Below, piece after piece: positions 12,532-26,381 of a stretch of DNA of 64,000 bases. This DNA comes from Chiloscyllium plagiosum (Eukaryota): positions 82,539,848 through 82,603,847 of the forward strand of contig NC_057718.1 in assembly GCF_004010195.1 (NCBI RefSeq), given 5' to 3'. The position numbers were made by a program, and so were the translations under genes. Under the pieces are notes generated by a model. The model was not told the origin of the DNA, did not search any database, and saw only the letters and a program-made list of their open reading frames with translations. Each line of letters starts with the position of its first letter. Position 1 is the stretch's first letter.

Positions 12532-13132
12532 CAGGGGAAAAAGGCTTCATCCTGTTTTGAGTGGTTAGTCTCTGGCTCGAATTTGCTAAAAGGAGAAACA
12601 CTCTCCATTGTTATAAAAACGGGAGCCGCGCCTGAGTCTGGAAGCCCATCTCCAGAACCATTTATGCATGGATATGGTCTAAGCACACATTTGGAAGAGG
12701 CCAGGTATCTATTGGGATTAAAAATATACATGAATAGCACAAAATGTGCATTATTGATTGGAACTATTAATAGGAGCTGTCCACACATTTAAAACCCCTG
12801 CTCTACACCCAATGGGTGTTCTGCCTCTTCAAAGGATTCCAGGAGCTGTAGATCATGTTCTATAGGTCTAAAGTGCACAACTTGTATTTTGGGTGCCCCA
12901 CTAGCAAAGATCAGATCAGCGGAGGAAGCTGCACTTTAACATATGCAACTGCCTTAATCAATATGCAACTTATAACCCACTCCAGTACCCCGGCATGCAA
13001 AAATGGTTCTGGAGATGGGTTTACAGACTCGTGCGTAGCTCCCACTTTTGTAACAGTGGAGACTGTTTCTGTGTTTTGGTCAGTGCGAGTCAGAGACTAA
13101 CCACTCAAAACAGGATGAAGCTTTTCTCCCTG
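12532..13132. mobile_element. Non-autonomous Tc1/mariner-type DNA transposon (MITE), about 600 bp
   Basis: About 140-bp imperfect terminal inverted repeats (TIRs), CAGGGGAAAAAGGCTTCATCCTGTTTTGAGTGG... and ...CCACTCAAAACAGGATGAAGCTTTTCTCCCTG, flanked by TA on both sides. Confidence 0.85.
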
Positions 13133-13160
13133 TAGACTCGGGGATATGGTAGGTGAATAA

Positions 13161-13256
13161 CAGTTCTGAGGAAGGATGGAAACATTAACTCTGCTTTCTG
13201 TCTCCACAGATGCTGCCAGACCTGCTGTGTTTTTCCAGTAATTTCTGTTTTTGTTT
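13161..13256 (+). mobile_element. PLE terminal-repeat unit, hammerhead with deleted stem II
   Basis: cagttCTGAGGAaggatgGAAAcattaactctg...gatgctgccagacctgctg. Confidence 0.7.
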
Positions 13257-13544
13257 AAGAATAAGGAGTCTGATTTTCCAAACAGAGATGTGGAGATTTT
13301 TTTTCTTGGAGAGCCATTAGTCTGTGGAATTCTCTTACCCAGGAAACAGTGGAGGTCATTAAATATACCAGTTATGTAGATTTTTCATAGAGATTAGAAT
13401 CATGGTTTATGAGGTGCAGCCAGCAAAGTGAAGTTGAGATCGCCACTAAATGAGCCTTGATTTTACTGATTGATTGATTGAGCTGGAATGGCTGAATAGC
13501 TTATTGTTGCTTCCAAGTACAATGTCCAATGTTCCTAAAACTGT

Positions 13545-13860
13545 TTAGATTAGATTAGATTAGATTAGATTCCCTACATTGTGGAAACAGGCCCTTTGGC
13601 CCAACAAGTCCACACCGACCCTCCGAAGAGCAACCCCCCCCGACTAATGCACCTAGCTCTATGGGCAATTTAGCATGGCCAATTCACCTGACCTGCACAT
13701 CTTTGGAATGTGGGAGGAAACCGGAATACTCTGAGGAAACCCATGCAGACACGGGGAGAATGTGCAAACTCCACACAGACAGTCGCCCAAGGCTGGAATC
13801 GAACCTGGGACCCTGATGCTGTGAGGCAGCAGGGCTAACCACTAAGCCACCGTGTTGCCC
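13545..13860 (-). mobile_element. HE1-like SINE, full length
   Basis: A box TGGCTTAGTGG, B box GGTTCGATTCC and (TCTAA)n tail. Confidence 0.9.
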
Positions 13861-16119
13861 TACATGGGTAATATAATAGTACATCAGACAGAGGTGTGCA
13901 AAACAACAAGATGTTACAGTAACAATTGATGTCTGTAAGCTGTCCCACAAGGATATCAGGAACCATTGTGACATGAAGAGCAAAATCACTTCTGAACATA
14001 GGCCGCTGTTCTGAAATAAAAATCAATGAAGTATTGTTTTACTGCTTGCCCTAAATGAGAATACAATATCATTTTTTGTAGTTCATAGCTGTAGCTGTAT
14101 GAATTGTAATAGCCAATGGTCAGCCTTTTGTGACTCGCGAGCTGCCATATCTCCTCTTGTACATAAGCCAAGTTTCTGCCCTCATTTGTTTTGCTGTTTC
14201 GACCCTCTGGCGTAGTACCATCTCTCTGTCCAATGATTTCCTTGAAGCTGAAATGGAAACAGCAGTGACATGAGAGATTTCAACAGCATTGTAAAACATT
14301 CTAAGGTTCCCAAAGCGCTTCACAGGAAGGTAATCAGGAGATAAATTTGACACCAAGCCAAATGATGAGACAGACCTGTCCCAAATAAATGGTTGATGCC
14401 TATGTAATGGAGTAATATAAGTTTGGACACCACCTTCTCCACATCTCTAACTCCCTCTCTGTCTTTAAGACTATCTTTAAAACACACCTCATTGACCAGA
14501 ATGCAGTACTCTCTGCTAAAGTCATCTCCTCCTTCATCTGATTATGTTGCCAGGAAGTGTCATGAAATGTTTGTGTGTCAAGGTGCTATACCATTCATTA
14601 TGGGGATGAAGAAAATTGGAATGTCTCTTTAGAAAACTGGAGACATGAATACAATGTTCTTAACCAACACACTCCCCCTCCCCCACCCATGCCTCCCTTT
14701 CAGCCTCCAAATCTCCCAAATCTTTATCAAGTAAATGGAAACAACTACTGTGTGCACTCTTACATAGCAGGATATCCACATAAAGGAGTGAAAAGGGTGA
14801 TAATCACCGTATCGAAAGTTAAGAAGACACTTAGGAAGAAAGGAGATCAAATCCAACACCAGAGTGATAGAGATCTAAAATGCTTGTATGTGAAATAGAG
14901 GAAAGGACATTTTATGGGAAAAGGGAAAGAAATAAGAACAATAGGTAAAGAGTAGGATTGTGTGGGATTCATTGGATGACTTTTCTCACAAGATCTGTCC
15001 CTACAGGCATGGTGGGTCTGAAGAGTCTCCTGCTCTGTCAGAATTGATGATTTTTAAGAGGGTTGTGAAGGAAGGGTTTGGGCTGGTTTCCAGAGTTGTT
15101 TAGGAGGAGACTTTAAAGATCAGGAGTTTTATTGAGTTAAAGTGACTGCAGTGGGGGCTTCGTGAGTTGAGTAAGCAGTTTGTTGCATGCTATCGTCTGA
15201 CCATTTTTCTGTACCATGATACACTCATTACAATACCAAGTGAGTTCTATCTGGGACTTTGGGAAAACAATAAGTAACCAAGCAAACACACTGCACTGAG
15301 AACTGTGCATTGACCGTGCGTGCTCTCTATCATCCTGCAGCCTGTAAACAGCAAACTTCCTGTCAATATCCATTTGAACCCCTTTTGTTGTTTTTTTGCA
15401 ACACTGGTGCATATATGTGTGGGTGGTCTGGGCATTATTCCCAAATTAGGTCATATTTTTCATTCATGCAGCCGTCAATTTAATTAATAGCTCTCTTTTA
15501 AAACCGTCTGGCTACGTATCTCGAATCCAAAGATAGATGACCTGCCTCGAAAGGCATATGATCTTAATTAAGTTACAAGCACTATCTTTCACATGAGTAA
15601 ACAAATAATGGTCAAAAGTAGGAGGAAGTAGTATATTGAGGAGAACAGTACTAAATTTTACAAACTCCCTTCATTACTGAAGTCCCTCATTTTCGGTAGT
15701 ATTCTGGTAATCCTGTGTGACATGTGGCTCTTTGGTATGGGTGGTGGTGGGGAGGGATGGGTGATGGCACTGGATAGGACACCCAAAGTGTTTTTTGGAG
15801 GCCTGGTTGATCTCAGCAGCAGGATCACATGTATTTTATATTTCCTGGAATCCAATTTGATGCCTGTTTTAACAATCTACCTGGTTAGAGGAATGGTGCA
15901 AGCATTTGGGTGCAGGAGATCACAGAATGGAGTCATGGGAACAGCCCACAGCACTCAGTGGCAGGAAGAATTGCAGGGTCGATGTGAATTGCAGTGAGTC
16001 CCGTGAGTGTCAGGTGGGTTTGGCTGGTAGAGGCTGAGGTAGAGAGGCTCGAAGGATCCTTGCAAGACATTAGGACTGCATTCCTGCTCCTTCTGACTCA
16101 CAAGGAGTTCAAATCGAAT

Positions 16120-17018
16120 TAATATGTTTGCAGATGATACCTAAATTGGAGGTATAGTGGACAATGAAGAAGGTTACCTCAGATTACAATGGAATCTTGA
16201 TCAGATGGGCCAATCGGCTGAGCGGTGGAAGATGGAGTTTGTGAGGTGCTGTAGTTTGGAAAAGCAAATTTGAGGAGGACTTATACACTTAATGGTAAGG
16301 TCCTAGGGAGTGTTGCTGAACAGAGAGACCTTGGAGTGTAGCTTCATAGCTTCTTGAAAGTGGAGTCGCAGGTAGATAGAATAGTGAAGATAGCGTTTGG
16401 TATGCTTTTCTTTATTGGGTATTGAGTACAGGAATTGGGAGGTCATGTTGCGGCTGTATAGGTTTTTGGTTAGGCCACTATTGGAATATTGCGCGCAATT
16501 CTGGTCTCCTTCCTATCGGAAAGATGCTGTGAAACTTGAAAGGGTTCAGAAAAGATTTACAAGGATGTTGCCAGGGTTTTAAGGATTTGAGCTGTAGGGA
16601 GAGGCTGGGGCTGTTTTCCCTGGAGCGTCGGAGGCTGCGGTATGACCTTATAGAAGTTTATAAAATCATGAGGGGCATGATAAATAGACAAAGTCTTCTC
16701 CCTGGGATGGGGAAGTCTAGAACTAGGGGGCATATGTTTAGGGTTAGAGGGGAAAGATATAAAAGAGACCTAAGGGGCAACCTTTTCACGCAGAGGGTGG
16801 TACGTGTATGGAATGAGCTGCCAGAGGAAGTGGTAGATGCTGGTACAATTGCAACATTTAAAAGGCATCTGGATGGGTATATGAATAGGAAGGGTTTGGA
16901 GGGATATGGGCCAAGTGCAGGCAGGTGGGACTAGATTGGGTTGGGATATCTAGTTGGCATGGACTAGTTGGACTGAAGGGTCTGTTTCCATGCTGTACAT
17001 CTCTATGACTCTATGACT
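16120..17018 (+). mobile_element. CR1/HER1 LINE 3' part
   Basis: FADD region through RRRLRYDLIEVYKIMRG...; (CTCTATGA)n tail. Confidence 0.92.
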
Positions 17019-17624
17019 TGGTTTGATCTCTTCTAAACAGTTAGATCCTCCATAGATGGTGACAGTAGGGCCTTACTTTGTTTGACATTGACATTGTGTC
17101 CACTGCTAATGATCTCTGATTTTTGCAAGCAAGTGCATCTACCCTTCCTTTTTAGCAAGAGTCTCAGCAATGGGCTGAATTACCAATGAACTCAATATTA
17201 AAGTATTACGCAGACTGGGATGCAGTGGGATTTTCATTTTGAAGTGATCTTTTATACATATCGTCTTCTGCAAGTGTCTTGTTTGACTTATTTATTGTTG
17301 TAAATATTATCTTCTATTCATCTGTCCCTTTTTTACCTGGCCGTTTCTTGTCAATACAAGCCCAGGGAGGGGAGGTCACCATTCAGGTCATGCCCACAGT
17401 CTCCCTTGATATACGAGGATTGTGAGTGGGATTGGAAATATCATGTTAGGCTCTAGCTATGAACCACCAACAGTTAGTGGTTAGGGTAGTTAGCTGCCAT
17501 CAATCCTCTTTTCACTGTTCATCCTACGAGTCTGTCCCATTATCAGTGGTAGACAATGGACAACTAGAGAGTCTTAACGAGTAGAAAGACTTGTCTCACA
17601 TAACTAGGTAATGTTTATTGAATG

Positions 17625-20210
17625 ATCATAAGGTCGTAGGATAGAGCAGCAGAATTAGACCATTGAGTCTGCTCCATCATTTAATCATCAGGAGGCTGGA
17701 AGACCACAGCAAGCCTGGCAGCATCAGGAGGTGGAGGTTGACATTTTGAGTGAAACCCTTCTTCAGGACTGGGGGGAGCTGCAGTCATCGACCAACTAGG
17801 TCATACCCTCTACCTGTCTTCACCTATCCCCACTTCACCACCCTGGCCCTGCCACCTCCTTTATCTGTAGCTCCCCATACACCCAACCCCAGTTCTGAAG
17901 AAGGGTTACGCCTGAAATGTAACCACATCCTGATGCTGCCTGGCTTGCTGTGTTCTCCCAGTCTCCTGCCTGTTTACCTTGGATCCCAGCATCTGCAGTT
18001 TTTTTGTCTCCCACCATTTTACATGGCTGATATGTTTCTCCACCCCATTGTCCTGTCCACTCCCTGTAATGTTCAATCAAGAATCTATCTATCTCTGTCT
18101 TAAATCTATCTATCTCTGTCTTAAATGCACTTAATGACCTGGCTGCCACAGAAGGTTCTGGAGGCTATGAGTTCCACAGATTTACCTCCCTGTGGCTGAA
18201 GAAATTCCTCCTTATTTCAGGTGTAAAGGGTTGCCTTTTCACTCTGAGGCTGTATATCCTCGGGGCCTAGTCTCTCCTATTAGTGGAAACATCTTCTCCA
18301 CATCCACTTTGTTCAACCTTTCAGGATTCTGTAAGTTTCAAATTCCACCTCATCCTTCTATACTCCATTAATTACAGACCCACAGTCCTCATAGACTTAT
18401 CATATAACAAACCCTTCATCCCCAGGATCATTCCTGTAAATCTCCCCTAGACTCCCTCCAATGCCAGAACATCCTTCCTTAGATGTGAGGCCCAAAACTG
18501 CTCACAATGTTCCAAATGCAGGCTGACTACAGCCATATGCAGTTTTAGCTGTACATCTCTGTTCTTGTATTCTAGCCCTCTTGAAATGAATGTTGACATT
18601 ACATTGCCCTCTTAACTGCCAACTGAACCTGCAAGTTAACCTTCAGAGAACCCTGAACCATTTGTGCTTCAGATTTCTAAAGTCTTTCCCCATTCAGAAA
18701 ATATTGAATTATTCCTGCCAAGTGCACGACCTCACTTTTCCACATTGTATTCCATCTGGCTCTTTTTGTCCACTCTCCTAAACTATCCAAGTCCTTCTGC
18801 AGCATCCTCACTTCCTCAACATTACCTGTTCCTCCATCCGTCTTTGTGTCATCTGTTAATTTAGCAACAATACCCTCATTTCCTTCATCACGGTTGTTAA
18901 TGTATAATACGAATAGTTGCGATCCCAACACTGAGCCCCACGGAACTCTGCTAGTCACTGGCTGCCACCCTGAAAAAAACACTTTATCCTTTGCCTCTAC
19001 CAGACAGCCAATCCTCTATTCATGCTAGTACTTTGTCCCTAACAAAGGGCTCTTATTTAACTTAGCAATGTCCTGTATGGCAAAGGCCTTCTGGAAATCC
19101 AAATAGAACAGGTCCACTGGCTCTCCTTTGTCAATCTTGCTCATTACCTCCTCAATGAATTCCAGCAGATTTGTCAGGCATGTCCTTCCCTTGAGGAAGC
19201 TGTGCTGACTTAGCATTGTTTTACATACACTTCCTTAATAATGGACTCTAAAATCTTACCAATCATCGAAGTCAGGCTGAATGGTCTATAGTTTCCTGTC
19301 TTCTGCCTTTCTCCCTTCTTAAACTGGAGGTTACATTAGCTATTTTCCAGTCCTCTGGGACCATCCCTAATTCCAGTGATTCCTGAAAGATCACTATCAA
19401 TGCCTTTATGTTCTCCTCAGCTATATCTTTCACATCTCTGGAGTGTAGTCCATCTGGTCCAGGTCGTTTATCCACCTTCAGATCTTTCAGTTTCCCCAGC
19501 ATCTTCTCTTTTTTTGATGGCCACTGCACTGACCTCTGACCTCTGGGTCTCTTGAAGTTCTGGTGTGCCACTGGTGTCTTCCACTGTGAAACCTGATGCA
19601 ATGAACCTGTTCAGTTCCTCTGCCATTTGTTTGTTCCCCATTACTACTTCTCCAACTCATTCTCCAGTGGTCCAATGTCCACTTTTGCCTCTCTCTTACC
19701 TTTTTTATATATCTGAAAATAACTCTTGCAATCTTCTTTTAGTTAGCTTACTCTCATATTTCATCTTTCCCTGCTTATTGCTTTTTAGGTACCCTCTGCT
19801 GTTTTTAAAGGCTTCCCAATCCTCTGGCTTCTCACTAACCTTCACCACATTGTATGCTTTTCCTTTTGCTTTTATGCTTTCCCTGACTTCTCTTGTCAGC
19901 CATGTTTGCCTCATCCTCCCCTTAGTATCTTTCTTCTTCCTTGCGTTGCCTTTCTGTTGTGCATCCCAAATTATCCCCAGAAACTCCTGCCATTGGTGTT
20001 CAACCATCTTCACTACTAGGCTCCCCTTCCAATCAACTCTGGCCAACTCCTCCTCCATGTTTTTTATAGTTACCTTTACATTGTAATACAGTCACAACTG
20101 ATTCCAGCTTCTCCCTGTCAACCTGCAGGTTGAATTCTATCATATTGTGGTCACTGCTTCCAAGGGCTTGCTTCACTTTAAGCTCTCTAATCAAGTCTGC
20201 CTCATTGTAC
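17625..20210 (-). mobile_element. CR1 LINE (endonuclease end, RT, 3' end), with a PLE unit nested near its 3' end
   Basis: Minus-strand ORFs GPDGLHSR, GRTCLTNLLEF, YLDFQKAF, GSVLGSQLF, TDDTK. Confidence 0.92.
17689..18010. mobile_element. Fold-back Neptune-type PLE terminal repeat with two opposed hammerhead motifs
   Basis: Motifs at about 17737-17771 (-) and 17891-17924 (+, AGTT-CTGAAGA-AGGG-TTACG-CCT-GAAA). Inverted arms. Confidence 0.75.
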
Positions 20211-20569
20211 AAACTGATCGCATTAAGTAAAATTAATATTCATTAGTTATGCATAATTTCAACTATCCAGAGTCAGGAATGTCACACCTGACTGTACTGG
20301 GATCTCAGACAAGACTAAGTCCTTCTCCACCCAAAGACTGTGTGACATCATCAGGTTGGGTGGAGTTAATGCAACTTCAACATTAACTCTTTTGGAACCA
20401 TTAGCTTATAGAAAAGGAGAAACCCCTGTGCAAAACTGATTGAATTTTATACATAGATATGTGTGGATCCGGCTTTTCAGTGTGATATTCAGATTCCATT
20501 TGGAAATGTCCCCCATGCATTACACACAATCATCTTAATAATCATTTGATTTTAATTTGCACAACTTAC

Positions 20570-21235
20570 CTGTGAAGTGAATGGGTTACCTTTGCTCTGA
20601 CTCTGTGCTTAAGGTTCAAATCCATCTCTCGAGCTTTGGCCATGTACCTCAGGCTAACGCTGATGGAGAGCCACACTGCTGGAGGTTCTGCTCCTTGAAT
20701 GAGGTCCAGTCTGTCCCCATAACTTGAAGTAAAGGTTTTCATGGCATGTGCGAAGAGAAGTAAAGGAGTTCTCCTGAGTGATCTGACCAACAATTAACCT
20801 TCAACCATGCCATTTAAAAAAAGGCTGCCTTTACATTGCATTTTTCATGGTCACTGAACATCTCAAAGTGCTCTGCAGACAATGGGGCGCATTTTGAAGT
20901 GTAGAGCTTGTTGTAACGTAGAAACATCAGCTACCATGCGTACAGAAAACTCCCACTAACAGTAATCTAATAATAACCCGATAACTCTTTTTCTGATGTT
21001 GGTTGAGGGATAAATATTGGCAAGAACACTACGAGTTTCCATGCTGCTCTACTTCATGCTATGGGATCTTTTGTGTCAGCCAAGCTCGCAGGTAGTGTCT
21101 GGGTTTAACATCTAATCCCAAATTTGACATTTCCAGCACTGTAGCACTCCCTCAGTAGTGCAGTAGCATACCAGCCTTGATCATCTTTGTGCTCAAGTCC
21201 TGTAGTAGGACCAGGAACCTTGAGACTCAGTTAAT
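20570..21235. mobile_element. Two opposed ancient DeuSINE/SacSINE1-like copies
   Basis: Similar to 60555-60940 (gaaga..ggagttctcc..ggccaatatttatccctcaacca). Plus copy about 20570-20810, minus copy about 20825-21235. Confidence 0.55.
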
Positions 21236-24200
21236 ACGCTTACCAATAGATTAGCACCTAACACTAACATGTTCCATCCATTCTGCTTAGTGTTTCTTCA
21301 GTAAAATTTGGGTTTGAAATGTGTCTCGATTGACCTGGAATACTAGTAAAGGATGGCTATATTTTTTCAAATAGCTGACAGTTCAAGAGTGGCCTTGAGA
21401 TTTAGGACATCTTATCACTACTGCCCTCATCACAACATTCCCTAGTTTCATCCTCCTTCCCTTTCCCTGTTACCTTTCCCCTCCACCCACTGCCTCACTT
21501 CCCTCTCACCTTCATGGTCATTTGTTCCCTTGCCTCTCTGTGAGCTTTGTGCTCAAATTCTGCTGCTAACTGGAGTGATTCCCTGCTTCATAAAGTGGTG
21601 GGAATTCTTCATGAAAGTTTCTGTCCTTGTCTGGCATTAGCTACTAATACAGGTTGGGCAAGAGGTGACTTAGGTAGGGGCAGAACTGAGGAAAGATGCC
21701 TGGGGCCAGAACTGATAGGTGACTTGAGTAAAAGCTGTGCTGAAGGACAAAAGTTTCCAATTCTCCCCGATTTGTCAGTATTTACTAACATTTGGCGTTC
21801 ACCTATTGTTGCCACAAACCAGTTGTTTTGTATGAAAGGCGGTTGACGCAAAATAATAATTAGGAATACCTAACATTCTTTCTCTTGTATTGGTATGAGA
21901 AGATGATGTATGACACATGAGCATGGTATACCACAAGAACAGATCTTCTGACAGGACTAGCTACCAGCACAAACAGAGGTTGTGCAAGTATCCAAGAAGC
22001 TTAAAACAGTTGGCACATTTCTCCTGGATGGGGCGGTGTTTGCAGTGTGGGGAATCCCTCTCTTACATTTTGTTTAAACTTTTAAGCACCATTAAAGCTG
22101 TCAGTTGACAGCCTTTTAATTTAGATTTCCCAGGTAGCAACCGGGCCATCAGTTCCCAATTAAAAATTCTGAATGGAATCATTCTCCCACTTTCATCTGT
22201 TTGTGTGACAAGGAAAATGTAAACAAACATTGGGAATATGTTCTGATACCCCTAGCTTAATTTATTCTATGAAATTCCCTTCACCTGAATTGATCTACTC
22301 AGTTGAGTTTTGATCTGCTCTCCAGAGTGTAATAACAGTTCACAAAGAGCTTCCTTCATCCATTCTGTGAGACAGACCGATCTGCATTTTGATTCGGTTT
22401 TGGACTTGTTGCCTTATACGTAACAATGAGTGTCATATCCTGTGAGCATTGGCACGTCAATTGATTCAACATCAGCCGCGAGTTATGACTCCTCTGGTGT
22501 CATTGCTGTCTTGGGCTAATAGGAGATTGGGCTTGCAAGGCAGAACATCAGTCTGACAGCCAGGCAGCACAGGGGCACCAAGGAAACAGCTGCTTAATCA
22601 GAGACAGGGAGAGCAGAGCAGATCTTCTGGGGATATAATAACAAAAAAAATCCTAATTATTCTCATCCTGTTTATACAAGTCATTTCAGAAGTGTGCAAT
22701 TTGGGAATTCTGCTTATCATAGATTTACAGCATGGAGAGAGGCTGTCTGACTCATTGTGCCTGTGCTGGCTCTTCAGAACAGCTATTCACATAGTCCCAC
22801 CATCGGCTGTTTCCTGAGAGCTCTGCTGTATTTTTCCCTTTTCAAGTATCCATCCATTCCCCTTAGGGTGGTGTAAGCAGAATCAACCTTCCAATGTGAC
22901 AGAGATTGAGTAAAAAGGAAAGGATCTCAGAATGTCCCATCAGTGAATAAGCACTTTTGAAGTGTAATGGCTGTTGTCATATTGGAGATATGGCTACTTG
23001 TGTACAGCAAGATCTCACAAGTGATTAGCTAACTTGTTACCAATTAAGCCACAGTTAACATTATAAAATATTCTATGCCTTAAATTGTAAGTACTCAGGT
23101 CCTGGACGTGTACAGGGCAGGTTTCAGAGCTCCAGTGTTTGTTACACCTTTGTGTGGGAAACATACCATTTGGTCTCAATGCCATGCCACAGCATGATGG
23201 ATGCTCATCAGGTGTTTGTATAAAATCATGGTACAAACTTTTTGATTACACTCCTCTGAAGCACCTTGGGATGTTTGCCCGGTTAAAGATGCTATATAAA
23301 TGCAAGCTATTGCTGTATCTGTGGGTAGTTCTTTGCAGTGCCAAGTTCTTTTCCACACGCTGCCAATTATGTTGCAGAGATTATATGTTGTGTGGCGCAG
23401 GCCCCGCTCCTGATTGCTGGTCTTTGCCTTATATTTAAATCAGCTTGGCATTGAAATATTGCCAGCACTGGGTGAAATGTAGGTCAGAGCTTTCATTCCT
23501 GAGACTGAATCCTACTGTGGTGGTGAAGTGTGGGTTGGGAACCCAGCAATACAAGCATTGGAGGCACTCAGCACTGTTTAGTAAATGGCAGCAGACTGGC
23601 TCCCCAAGTCTGGACGGCAAATTGAAGGCTATCCAGTACCGAAAGAACAGCAGCCTCCCAGGCAGCAGTGGGAACTGTGAAAGAATTCAGAGAGGCATGA
23701 AGGTGTCTCCAGTTCTGGTTGCTAGGTGTGTATGGTTAAGGAAATATGGTTAGGGCTATGGGGAGGGAAAGGGTTATTGAAATCTCTAGAAGTAATACAC
23801 ATTGTAGCAGATGCGACTGTTTATTAGTGTGTGACACCTTCTCTTTTGAATGGAGTCTCTGGCTCCTATGTCTACTAAGCCTACCACTAGGAGCCAGGTA
23901 CCATCACGACTGGTACCCCATCTGTGATGGCATTGGGAGAGTGCCCTTGATTCTTCCCCACAGCTGGACATTGTCACATGTCATAGAAGTGGAACCATAT
24001 CATACAGTCAGCCATGGACTTTCCTTTTGATTTTATCATTAATTGATTTGAAACATTTTGTGAAGGAGTGAAAGGTTATGTATAAACAAAAGTTTTTTTC
24101 TCTCTCTGGTCCAAATCAGAGTGGCCAATGTCGATGGCAGTGAATGGCTGTGTTCCAGTGGAGTTGAAGCTGATGTCTTCAGTGGATGCCCACACAGTGC

Positions 24201-24551
24201 TTGTCTCCATCAGAGTCTCTTAACCAATAATTTAGTTCATTCTCCCCAACACCGATCAACACAGGATCTGGGAGCTCCCTGATACTGTCCAGCTGTCTGC
24301 TTACAGCATGAACTCAGCGATCCATGGGGAAACCCATCACAGCCTGATCAAGCTACGAGAGCAGTATATATTCTTGCTTTAGCTGTGTCTGATTGTATGG
24401 AGGTGGAGTTGTAAAATCCATCATTTTGCAGCTCATTTGCAAGTAAGGCAGTGGAACATCTGTTGCTTACGATGTTAATGCTGAGATGTGTCAGTAATCA
24501 ATTGGTGAGAGGTCAACTCATTAACAGTGGCTTGTTTTCCCACTTTCTCAG

Positions 24552-24709
24552 TCAATGTTCCTGCTGACTCCTTGGATGGCCCTCTCTACATTCCTTACAA
24601 AACCCTGCTTTCCACAGTGAGCAGCATGGATTTCAGCGAGGGAGAGGCCCAGCAGCTCATCGAGATCCTGATGGACAAGGCGGGCATTGTGCAGGACACC
24701 TGGCACACA
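24552..24709 (+). CDS. RRBP1: RRBP1 internal coding exon (first in window)
   Basis: ttctcAG acceptor and GTaagc donor. Encodes (V)NVPADSLDGPLYIPYKTLLSTVSSMDFSEGEAQQLIEILMDKAGIVQDTWHT, matching the recalled mammalian RRBP1 segment DGPLYLPYKTLVSTVGSM...QDTWHK. Phase 1 to 0. Confidence 0.95.
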
Positions 24710-25158
24710 GTAAGCTACCTGTTCGGTTTGTGCCAGGCATTGCATTCATTTGCTTTCTCACTGTTTTGGCAAGGAATCAGTAAAAATAAAGTTGCCTTTC
24801 ACAACCACGGAACATCTCAAAGTGCTTCACAGTGCTCGTGATTCATTTAGTGTTAAAGTGTAAGCCACTCCCTTGACCAACTGCTCAAAGTCGTGTCAGT
24901 GACTTGGACGTGCCACGCTTATTGGCCCTGTTCCTGGCCTTACCAGGAGAAATATTCAAACTCGATTTTTCTCTCTCCAATAAGGGGAATCATTGGGCTT
25001 TCCAAACTACCGCCAGCCATTTCCAAGCAACCCCTGATGTATCAGTCTGGATCTGAGGCTGGTGCTAAATTCTTTCATTTAATTAGCCTGTTTAATAGAT
25101 TCAGGGTAGAGGAATTTGGATGGAATTTGGTGTCAAACCCATTCCTAATATTGCGCAG

Positions 25159-26381
25159 AGTCGAAAAGTGTGGCGCTGGAAAAGCGCAGCAGGTCAGGCA
25201 GCATCTGAGGAGCAGGAGAGACGGCATTTTGAGTATAAGGTCTTCATCAGGACTGGGGAGGGGGGGTGAAGCTGGGAAGAAGGTAGGTGGGAAGGCGATA
25301 GGTGGATGCAGGTGGGAGGTAATAGTGATAGATTAGTGGGAAGGGCGGAATGGATACGTGGGAAGGAAGATGGACAGGCAAGAGGGCGGTGCCGATTTGG
25401 AGAGTTGGATCTGGGATGAGGTAAGGGGAGGGGAGATTTGTGAAACTAGTGAAGTCGATGTTGATGCAGTGTGATTGGAGACTTCCAAGGTGGAAGATGA
25501 GGCGTTCTTCCTCCAGTTAGTGGGTGGCTTGATTTGGCAGTGGAGGAAGCTCAGGACTTGCATGTCCTTGGGGAGTGTGAGGGGGAATTGAAGAGGTTGG
25601 CCACAGGGTAGTGAGGTTGTTTGGTGTATGTGTCCCAGAGATGTTCCCTGAACTGCTCCATGAGTTGGCATCCTGTCTCCTGTAGAGGAGACCACATGAA
25701 GAGAAACGAATACAGTAGATGAAATGGGTGGATGTGCAGGAAAATCTCCAGATTTGAAATGATCCTTTAGGGCCTTGGATGGAGGTGAGGGGGGTAGGTG
25801 TGGATGCAAGTTTTACATGGTTCAGGGAACATTTCTTGGACGCACGCACCAAGCAACCCCACTGCCCTGTGGCCAACCACTTCAACTGCCCCTCTCACCC
25901 CCCCAAGGACATGCAAGTCCTGGGCCGCCTCCACCGCCAAATCAAAACCACCCACCAACTGGAGGAAGAATGCCTCATCTTCTGCCTCAGGACCCTCCAA
26001 CCACATGGCATCAATATCGACTTTACCAGTTTCCATAACTCCCCTCCCTCCCATCTCATCCCAGGTCTAACCATCCAACTTGGCACGCCCTCTTGGCCTG
26101 TCCATCTTCCTTCTCACCATCTGCTCTATCCTTCCTACCGACCTATCACATTCACTCCCACCCGCATCCACCTATCACCTTATCCACATTTACCTTATCC
26201 CCAGCCCCATCTCTACTCCCTTATTTGTCTCTCAGTGCCCTCCCCCCTTCATGTTCCTGATGAAGGGCTTATGCCTGAAACTTCAACTCTCCTGTATCCT
26301 TGGATGTTGCCTGACCTGCTGTGCTTTTCCAGCACCACACTTTTCAGCTCTGACTGTCCAGCATCTGCAGTCCTCACTATG
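25159..26381. mobile_element. Neptune-type Penelope-like element, inverted two-arm structure, GIY-YIG C-terminal remnants, 16-bp TSD
   Basis: FREH...PVANHFN..SH...MQVLG...LEEECLIFCLRTLQPHGINIDF on the + strand, with a mirror copy on the - strand. TSD tcctaatattgc(g/a)cag at 25143-25158 and 26382-26397. Confidence 0.88.

Noticed and set aside
13780..13860. tRNA gene
   Set aside because: The A and B boxes belong to an HE1 SINE head followed by SINE body and tail.
14575..14898. Pro-rich 107-aa ORF
   Set aside because: It has no splice or homology support and is C-rich intronic or repeat sequence.
19565..20086. 173-aa plus-strand ORF
   Set aside because: It is the antisense frame of a CR1 ORF2 remnant.
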